A DNA stretch of 64,000 nt from the NCBI GenBank assembly GCA_038131935.1, contig JAYPQH010000018.1, positions 1 to 64,000 on the forward strand, given 5' to 3'. This stretch comes from Alphaproteobacteria bacterium (GTDB lineage: Bacteria; Pseudomonadota; Alphaproteobacteria; UBA8317). The position numbers were made by a program, and so were the translations under genes. The notes beneath the pieces were generated by a model. It saw only the letters and a program-made list of their open reading frames with translations. It had not been told where the DNA came from and made no database searches. This document shows positions 56,547 through 64,000 of the stretch, piece by piece. How positions within the stretch are numbered: position 1 is the stretch's first letter; every line of letters begins with the position of its first letter.

Positions 56547-57308
56547 TTAACGGACAGGATTGTATCTTGGTCGAAGATCAAAATCACCACAAACCGACTG
56601 CCAAATCGCAGCTGCCGCCACGATGGCTGTGTCAGCACGCAGAATACGCGGTCCCAAACTCACAGCTTTGACGGCGGGGTGGTCATAAAGCCACGTCAAT
56701 TCCTGTTGGGTGAAGCCACCTTCTGGACCGATCAAAATTCCGGCCGGTAGATCAGAAAACTTAACCATCATATCTGCAGCGGGCACGCCTCCCCCCTGCT
56801 CGTCCGCTACAAAGACCACGCGATCTGAACCTAAACTTTGCAGCCATGATTCTAAATTCATCACGTCACCTAAATGGGGGATAGCGTTGATAGCACATTG
56901 CTCAGCGGCCTCGATCATATTGGCTCGAAATCTTGACGCAGAAAAACGATCTGCCTGGGTCCGTTGGGTGATGACAGGCGTTGCATGGGCAAAGCCAATC
57001 TCCACCAATTTCTGCGCTACATAGTCGGTACGGGCTTTTTTTAATGGTGCAAATCCAAGCCATAAATCGGGCAATTGATGTTGCTCTGCAGATTGCTCTC
57101 GGACTTCACATTGGACATCACGCCGCCCAACATCTAAGATCTCCGCAAGAAAACTTCCGGTGCGCCCATTGAACAATTCAAGATATTCTGTTGGCTTCAC
57201 CCGAAGAACATGCAACAACTGATGGATCTGGGATTGGGTTAAACTGGGGCGCTGCCCAGCTATCAGATCTTCTTCAACATACAAACGTGCCCGTATACGC
57301 ATCATCAT
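56547..57308 (-). CDS. rsmE: 16S rRNA m3U1498 methyltransferase
   Basis: HVLR, EAAEQC, LIGPEGGF, SLGPRILRADTA; three adjacent ATGs at 57302, 57305 and 57308. Confidence 0.95.
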   Translation of the reverse strand: MMMRIRARLYVEEDLIAGQRPSLTQSQIHQLLHVLRVKPTEYLELFNGRTGSFLAEILDVGRRDVQCEVREQSAEQHQLPDLWLGFAPLKKARTDYVAQKLVEIGFAHATPVITQRTQADRFSASRFRANMIEAAEQCAINAIPHLGDVMNLESWLQSLGSDRVVFVADEQGGGVPAADMMVKFSDLPAGILIGPEGGFTQQELTWLYDHPAVKAVSLGPRILRADTAIVAAAAIWQSVCGDFDLRPRYNPVR

Positions 57309-58257
57309 GACCGCCAAAAACAAACCATATCAAGATCATGTGCCATTACCTGACGCTGTGAGCAACAACTGGGTTGATAGCTATGCGCCCACCACATGGC
57401 GGCCATGGTTAAAATTGATGCGGGTTGATAGACCTATTGGCTGCTATTTGCTGTATATTCCATGTCTATGGGCCATCGGCATCGGCGCCATGCTGGAACG
57501 CCCATTCCTAGATTTGTTCTCCATGGCAATCCTATGTCTTGTTGGTGCCTTTCTCACGCGTTCTTTGGGATGTGTCGCGAATGACCTGGCAGACCGCAAC
57601 ATCGATACAAAGGTCGCACGCACCAAAAACCGTCCACTGGCTTCAGGTGCGCTTGGTGTAGGTCAAGCAATCGCGCTATTGCTGTTATTGGGTGCGTTAT
57701 CTTTATATTTGCTCACATTTCTTAATCAGCAAGCAGTGATCACAGCGTTAGCCTCTATCCCTCTGATCCTTACTTATCCTTGGTTAAAGCGTGTTACCTC
57801 ATGGCCACAAGTGATGCTGGGCTTATGTATGAATTGGGGTTTTCTGGTGGCTTGGTTTGGACTTGAACTGCCACAAATTACAGCCATGATATTGATATTT
57901 GGAGGAGCCGTTTGTTGGACCATAGGCTATGACACCATTTACGCTCTACAAGATCGCGAAGATGACCGTTTGATTGGGGTACATTCCACCGCGTTACTTG
58001 CAGGAGATAAACCTGTCATGTTCGTAGGTTTGTTTTATGTTGCCATGGTCATCATGATGGTGGGGGGATGGTGGCAACTGATTGGATCTGCATCTCTGAT
58101 TTGGCTAAGCCCGATGATGATCCATCTATTATGGCAGCTTGCCCGCATCAACCCACATGACCCCAGGACGAATCTCATGTTGTTTAAATCCAACAGGCAG
58201 CTGGCATTATTGGTCATGTTGCCGACTTTTCATGGATTATTTTACCAAATCACATGA
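57307..58257 (+). CDS. ubiA: 4-hydroxybenzoate polyprenyltransferase
   Basis: RVDRPIG, NDLADRNIDTKVARTKNRPLASG, YDTIYALQDREDD. Confidence 0.95.
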   Translation: MTAKNKPYQDHVPLPDAVSNNWVDSYAPTTWRPWLKLMRVDRPIGCYLLYIPCLWAIGIGAMLERPFLDLFSMAILCLVGAFLTRSLGCVANDLADRNIDTKVARTKNRPLASGALGVGQAIALLLLLGALSLYLLTFLNQQAVITALASIPLILTYPWLKRVTSWPQVMLGLCMNWGFLVAWFGLELPQITAMILIFGGAVCWTIGYDTIYALQDREDDRLIGVHSTALLAGDKPVMFVGLFYVAMVIMMVGGWWQLIGSASLIWLSPMMIHLLWQLARINPHDPRTNLMLFKSNRQLALLVMLPTFHGLFYQIT

Positions 58258-58371
58258 CCATTGATGCTTTTGGGTTGCGAACATCCAAGCAGCAAACTAA
58301 CTCAACAAAGGTTTAGGCAGTAAAGCATTTTGGCCTAAGCCGTTATGGTTGTGACATCAAAGGGTGACGAA

Positions 58372-59916
58372 ATGAGCTACACCAGCATGAGAGAGTTTCT
58401 AGACATTCTAGAAAAAAACAACCTGTTGGTTAGGGTAACAAAACCTGTCCATACCCATTTAGAAATGACTGAGATCCAAACCAGATTATTGGCAACCGAA
58501 GGACCCGCCGTTTTATTTGAACAGCCCATCATGGCTAATGGAGAAATCTCTGACATACCCGTTTTGGTAAATCTGTTTGGAACCGTTGAAAGGGTTGCTA
58601 TGGGTGTTACCATGGGGAACAAACAACGCCGCACCGCTATGGAGCTGCGTGAAGTTGGGGAAACCTTAGCATTCCTTCGACAACCAGAGCCTCCCCGCGG
58701 CCTCAAGGATGCATTCGCTCTTTTGCCCTTGGCAAAAACCGTCATGCAAATGCGTCCAAGCACCACGCGCAAAGCGCCTGTCCAAGAGATTGTACTCACT
58801 GGCGAGGATATTAATCTTCAAGCCTTACCCATCCAAGGATGCTGGCCTGGCGAGCCAGCACCATTGATCACTTGGCCATTAATCGTCACCAAGGGCCCTG
58901 GTGATGACAAAACGGACCATGTCAATTTGGGTATATACAGAATGCAAGTTACGGGCCCAAAGACGACCTTAATGCGCTGGTTAAAACATCGTGGTGGCGC
59001 ACAACACCACCGACGGTGGAAAGCTCAAAAGGCTGAACCACTTCCTGCCGCAGCTGTTTTGGGGGCAGACCCTGGTACCATTCTCGCGGCTGTGACGCCT
59101 GTGCCAGATACTTTATCTGAATACCAATTTGCTGGGCTTTTACGCGGCAAAAAGGTTGAACTCGTTGATTGTAAAACCATACCTCTCCAAGTTCCAGCCC
59201 ATGCTGAAATTGTTTTAGAAGGCTATGTACATCTCGATCGGTATGATGACGAGGGTCCTTATGGAGACCATACCGGATATTACAACAATGTCGAAAAGTT
59301 TCCAATATTTGAGATTACTGCCATCACCATGCGAAAGGATCCCATTTATCTCTCTACATTCACAGGCAGACCTCCCGATGAACCATCTGTGCTCGGTGAA
59401 GCTCTTAACGAGGTTTTTGTTCCCCTCATTCAACAGCAATTCCCAGAAATCCTAGATTTTTGGTTGCCACCAGAGGGCTGTTCTTACCGGATTGCTGTGG
59501 TATCAATCAAAAAATCCTATGCTGGCCATGGTCGCCGGATCATGATGGCCGTATGGTCTTATTTGCGTCAATTTACCTACACAAAATTTGTTATTGTGGT
59601 GGATGACGATATCAACCCTCGTGACTGGAAAGATGTGATGTGGGCAATTTCTACCAGAATGGATCCCGTCCGTGACACCATGTTGGTGGAAAACACCCCT
59701 ATTGATTACCTAGACTTTGCCAGCCCGGAAAGTGGACTGGGTGGTAAAATGGGTCTGGATGCCACCAATAAATTTCCCGGCGAAACCCACCGCGAATGGG
59801 GAGAAAAACTCAACATGGATGAAGATGTGGTGGCAAAGGTATCAGAAAAATGGAAAGAATGGGGTTTACCTGGTGAAGGAACACCCATTTGGCGGAACAA
59901 AGGAAACCCAAAATGA
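58372..59916 (+). CDS. ubiD: UbiD-family (3-polyprenyl-4-hydroxybenzoate) decarboxylase
   Basis: [43 protein letters not shown]. Confidence 0.95.
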   Translation: MSYTSMREFLDILEKNNLLVRVTKPVHTHLEMTEIQTRLLATEGPAVLFEQPIMANGEISDIPVLVNLFGTVERVAMGVTMGNKQRRTAMELREVGETLAFLRQPEPPRGLKDAFALLPLAKTVMQMRPSTTRKAPVQEIVLTGEDINLQALPIQGCWPGEPAPLITWPLIVTKGPGDDKTDHVNLGIYRMQVTGPKTTLMRWLKHRGGAQHHRRWKAQKAEPLPAAAVLGADPGTILAAVTPVPDTLSEYQFAGLLRGKKVELVDCKTIPLQVPAHAEIVLEGYVHLDRYDDEGPYGDHTGYYNNVEKFPIFEITAITMRKDPIYLSTFTGRPPDEPSVLGEALNEVFVPLIQQQFPEILDFWLPPEGCSYRIAVVSIKKSYAGHGRRIMMAVWSYLRQFTYTKFVIVVDDDINPRDWKDVMWAISTRMDPVRDTMLVENTPIDYLDFASPESGLGGKMGLDATNKFPGETHREWGEKLNMDEDVVAKVSEKWKEWGLPGEGTPIWRNKGNPK

Positions 59917-61262
59917 GTGACAACATACAACAGCAAGAATCCCTCTGTCAGTTGGTTCTCGAAACCTGCCTTCGTGCGGGCGCAGATGCAGCTGAGGCTG
60001 TATTGATGGAAGGCCAAGGCATAGATATCCAAGTCCGCAATTTGGAACTTGAAGATGTGAATGCGCACGAAGAACAAGCCTTGGGGATTCGTGTCTTCGT
60101 CGGTCAAAGACAGGCCAATCTTCGCACCACAAACTTGGATAGAGAGAATATTGCCCGTATCGTTGAAGATGTTGTGGCGATGGCAAAACTCGCCCCAGAG
60201 GATCCTCATGCAGGCTTAGCACTGCCCTCTTCATTGAGCATATCGCACCATGACGACCTAGATTTGTATGATGATACAAAACCTTCCGCTGAAGATCTAA
60301 GGCTGTTGGCTTGGAAGGCTGAAAAAGCTGCCCTAAGCCAACAGGGCATTACAAATTCAGAAGGTGGTGCTGCAAGTTCCAGCCATGCGACACGCCACCA
60401 TTATGCCACCAACGGACTCAAAAGCTTCAGCCAATATTCATCATTTTCACTGTCAGCATCTGTGCTTGCAGGTCATGGCACATCCATGGAACGAGATTAT
60501 GATTATGACGTCAAACGACATTGGAAAGACCTCAATGATCCAGATAGCATTGGGCTTGAAGCTGCCCAACGCGCCACAGCCCGTCTGGGCAGCATAAAAC
60601 CGCCCTCTGGCAAACTTCCTGTCATCTTTGCCCCAAGGGTGGCGCGTTCACTCATCGGTCATTTTTTGCAGGCGATTTCAGGTGATTCCGTGGCACGAGG
60701 ATCCACATTCTTGCGCGAAAGCATGGGAACAAAGATCATGCCAGACCACTGTATCATCACTGATGACCCCACCTTATCCCGCGCCATGGGCTCCCAACGC
60801 ATTGACGGTGAAGGACTCGCCTCAGAACCCCTTACCTTGGTCGAGAATGGCATACTTCAACATTGGTTGCTTGATTTGTCATCTGCACGACAATTAGGGC
60901 TTTCATCGAATGGACGCGCCGGCCATACCTTGGCAAGCCCACCATCACCTTCATCCACCAATATAGAGGTGACAGGTGGCGTACGTACCATGGAAGAGAT
61001 GATTACGGACCTTTCCGAAGGTCTTTTTGTTACGGAACTTATTGGCATGGGTGTTAATGGTGTAACAGGGGATTATTCCCGTGGTGCCTCAGGTTTCATG
61101 ATACGACAAGGTGCGCTCGCAGAACCTGTATCTGAACTGACCATAGCGGGGACATTACAAGAAATATTTGCCAACCTTGAGGCCTCTACTGATAGAGATG
61201 GTCATGGGCCCATCGCTGTTGGAGCAATTCATGCTGGTATATTGGCTATTGCCGGCGCATAA
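59913..61262 (+). CDS. pmbA: PmbA/TldE protein
   Basis: [33 protein letters not shown]; ATGA overlap with the ubiD stop. Confidence 0.93.
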   Translation: MSDNIQQQESLCQLVLETCLRAGADAAEAVLMEGQGIDIQVRNLELEDVNAHEEQALGIRVFVGQRQANLRTTNLDRENIARIVEDVVAMAKLAPEDPHAGLALPSSLSISHHDDLDLYDDTKPSAEDLRLLAWKAEKAALSQQGITNSEGGAASSSHATRHHYATNGLKSFSQYSSFSLSASVLAGHGTSMERDYDYDVKRHWKDLNDPDSIGLEAAQRATARLGSIKPPSGKLPVIFAPRVARSLIGHFLQAISGDSVARGSTFLRESMGTKIMPDHCIITDDPTLSRAMGSQRIDGEGLASEPLTLVENGILQHWLLDLSSARQLGLSSNGRAGHTLASPPSPSSTNIEVTGGVRTMEEMITDLSEGLFVTELIGMGVNGVTGDYSRGASGFMIRQGALAEPVSELTIAGTLQEIFANLEASTDRDGHGPIAVGAIHAGILAIAGA

Positions 61263-61330
61263 ACTTGGCAAAGCGGTATCATCTCACGTAAGAAGACGTC
61301 AGCAGTCTTGGCTGGAGGGTTTCTTTTGCT

Positions 61331-61555
61331 ATGGCACAAAGAGGTTTACATCTTGTTTTTGGTGGCGAATTAAAAAATTTGTCTACCAAAGAATTTGTTG
61401 ATCCCAACAACATCGATATAGTTGGGATTTTTCCCAATTATGATCAAGCACTAAGTGCTTGGCGTGCAGCAGCGCAAAGCAGCGTGGATCAGGCCACAGT
61501 GCGGTATTTTATTGCTGATCTTACCAAATTGCGAGATCCGGAGGTAAAAGGCTGA
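61331..61555 (+). CDS. DUF4170 family protein
   Basis: LHLVFGGEL...IDIVGIFPNY...WRAAAQSSVD...RYFI. Confidence 0.85.
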   Translation: MAQRGLHLVFGGELKNLSTKEFVDPNNIDIVGIFPNYDQALSAWRAAAQSSVDQATVRYFIADLTKLRDPEVKG

Positions 61556-63305
61556 CCAAGGAAAAAAGCAGCTACGGCATATTATGGCGTATTTTCCAGG
61601 AAGAGGTTTTTCGCCATCGGATACGCCTCGCTACAGCTTGGGTCGCGATGGCCATTGTCGCAGGCACCACAGCACTCACCGCTTATATGCTTGACCCTGC
61701 TATGGAGCAGATATTCTTGAAACCTAACGCACAAGCGTTGCTGGTTATTCCTCTTCTTGTGGTGGGCCTGTCTGTCATCAAAGCTGTGGCCAGTTATGTT
61801 CAAGTGGTGATGATGTCACATATTGGACAGTCCATTGTTGCGCGTCTACAATGCCGGTTAGTCAGGAAACTTCTCGCCGCAGATTTGAGTTGGATCGGGC
61901 AACGACATACAGGCACACTTATTTCCTCGTTGATTAACGATGCCCAGAAAGTTCAAGACGCTACAGCACAGGTCATGACAGCCATCATACGCGATGGATT
62001 AACCATGATAGGTTTGGTTATCGTGATGTTCTATCAAGACTGGGCACTCGCCTCAATTGGGATCTTTGTTGTGTTACCAGGCGCCATTGCAATCCAAAAA
62101 CTAGCTGGAAAAACCCGCAGCGCGGCGTCAGCAAGCATGAAGGAAACGGGAACCCTCACAGCACTGATGGATGACGCGTTGAAGGGCTTAAAGAAGTGCG
62201 GGCCTATGGCCAAGAAGATCATGAAGTGAGCAGAATTGGAAATTCCATCGAAAAAAGGCTCCGTCACGTTATGGCCACCATAAAAGCCAAGACCTTGGGC
62301 GGACCTGTTGCAGAGGCCTTGTCAGGTGCTGGTATCGCGGCTGCAATTATTTATGCAGGTTGGCGTGGCATGGAAGGGGAATTGGGACTCAACAATTTTG
62401 TTTCATTCCTGGCAGCCATGATGATGGCGTATCAACCAATGCGGGCGATTGCCAATACTTTTGCACGCCTACATGAAGGTGCTGTTGCAGCTGAACGAAT
62501 GTATGAGATCATCGATACAAAACCACAAATCAACTCACCATCTGTACCCGAGTCTGTTCATAAGCCTGTTACGGGAACCATAAGCTTCCGCCAGGCCAGT
62601 TTCAGCTATTCCGATCAAGATCCGATCTTACAAGATATCACCATTGATATGCCATCGGGAACAACAACAGCTATTGTGGGCCCATCTGGCTCAGGAAAAT
62701 CATCCCTTTTAAACCTTATACCTCGTTTTTTTGATGTGGTTTCCGGACAGGTATTGGTGGACAATATCGATGTGCGCTCATGGGATTTAACGGAGCTACG
62801 CAAGCAGATAGCCATTGTGGCTCAAAAACCATTTTTGTTTGATGACACGGTAGCGGCCAATATTGCCTATGGGCAGCCTCAGGCAAGCCATGAGGAGATC
62901 GTCAGTGCCGCTCAAAAAGCAGCTGCACATGAATTCATTATGCAATTGCCTGAGGGCTACCAAACACTTGTTGGAGAATCTGGCTCTCGTCTCTCTGGTG
63001 GTCAACAGCAAAGGATCGCGATTGCAAGGGCCATGTTAAAAGATGCACCGATTTTGTTATTGGATGAAGCCACCTCAGCTCTAGACAATGCATCCGAGCG
63101 TATTGTTCAGCATGCATTGCAAACATTGATGAGGGGACGCACCACCATTTTGATTGCGCACCGGCTTTCAACGGTTGCCCATGCTGACCAAATCCTCGTG
63201 CTCAAAGATGGAAAGTTGCACGAACAAGGAGATCATGAAAGCCTGCTGAAAAAACAAGGCATTTACGCAGAACTCTTTCGGAACGCTCATGAGAAGACAA
63301 GTTGA
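61552..63305 (+). CDS. msbA: MsbA-like lipid ABC exporter (frameshift near 62191; candidate CTG start)
   Basis: TMD plus NBD (GPSGSGKS, LSGGQQQR, LLDEATSALD). One missing A joins the two ORFs. Confidence 0.85.
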
Positions 63306-63967
63306 TGGGTAACAATACAACAACTCAGCGCTCCTTTTTGACCATTGTCGCGCGCTTGATCTTCGGCATCATACGCCGTAGCTGGCGTATTAAGGTTCAT
63401 TCAGATGAACAAAGCTTGCAAATACTTCGCGAAGGGGGCGCCTTGATTTGTTGTTGGCATCAATGCCTCCTCGGTGCCAGCATGTTTTCGTTTGGCCAGC
63501 CTTACTATGCTGTCATTTCAAGGAGTAAAGATGGTCAAATTTTAGCATCTGCGCTGCATCCTTGGGGTGTGGTTCCTATTTTTGGATCCTCCACCAATGT
63601 CACCAAAGGCAAATATCAAGGTGGCAGCGCTGCCTACAGGGCCATGCTCAAACATTTAAAAGACGGTCATAATCTCATGATCACACCCGATGGCCCTAAG
63701 GGTCCAGCTCATATCTGCAAAGCAGGTGCTCTGCGTGTTGCCCAAACTGGTGCGACCGTTGTGCCAGCAAGTTTTTCTGCTTGGCCTGTGCTGCATGCGC
63801 CCACTTGGGACCGTATGCGCATTCCACTTCCTTTTGCCCGCATTCACCTGGTTCTCGGTGCCAGCATGATATTAAAGGGCGACCCAACAGATGAACAAAA
63901 TCTCTGTGATGCCATAAACCAGTGCCATCAACATGCGTCCAGATTGATAAGATCGCGCCATGATTAG
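63302..63967 (+). CDS. DUF374 / lysophospholipid acyltransferase-like protein
   Basis: CWHQ, ISRSKDG, GSS, ITPDGPKGP, WDRMRIPLPF. Confidence 0.88.
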   Translation: MMGNNTTTQRSFLTIVARLIFGIIRRSWRIKVHSDEQSLQILREGGALICCWHQCLLGASMFSFGQPYYAVISRSKDGQILASALHPWGVVPIFGSSTNVTKGKYQGGSAAYRAMLKHLKDGHNLMITPDGPKGPAHICKAGALRVAQTGATVVPASFSAWPVLHAPTWDRMRIPLPFARIHLVLGASMILKGDPTDEQNLCDAINQCHQHASRLIRSRHD

Positions 63968-64000
63968 GTTGTATAATTTCATAGGCCACCTACTAACCCC

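Noticed and set aside
62180-62230. msbA split into two ORFs
   Set aside because: A single missing A (tta aa[a] gaa gtg) rejoins the TMD and NBD; treated as an assembly error.

Overview
Compact alphaproteobacterial chromosomal segment with short intergenic regions and many overlapping start/stop codons. Positions ~6.8-64 kb are conserved housekeeping genes: tRNA-Ser(GCT), gatCAB, ruvX-pyrB-pyrC'-plsY-topA-rnr, rpmG, ispB/ispE, ETF-QO, udg, moaB, rnhB-ccrM, mutY, dciA-dsbA-smc, ATP synthase F0, ispH-thrB-rnhA, thrC, an aa3-type cytochrome oxidase cluster, tldD, gshA, rsmE, ubiA-ubiD-pmbA and an msbA-like ABC transporter. Positions 1-6.6 kb are the right end of an integrated element abutting the 3' end of tRNA-Ser. 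It holds an RTX-repeat gene, an AT-rich spacer, and a five-gene module: ParB-domain DNA methyltransferase, DUF5681, terminase large subunit, DUF2924 and a large serine recombinase. No capsid, portal, tail or replication genes are visible, which makes this module the most interesting feature. Several core genes (ispE, udg, ispH, msbA) carry single-base homopolymer deletions typical of long-read error. The element is far more densely frameshifted, so whether it is intact or decayed cannot be decided from this sequence. All family assignments come from recognising motifs by eye, not from database searches.
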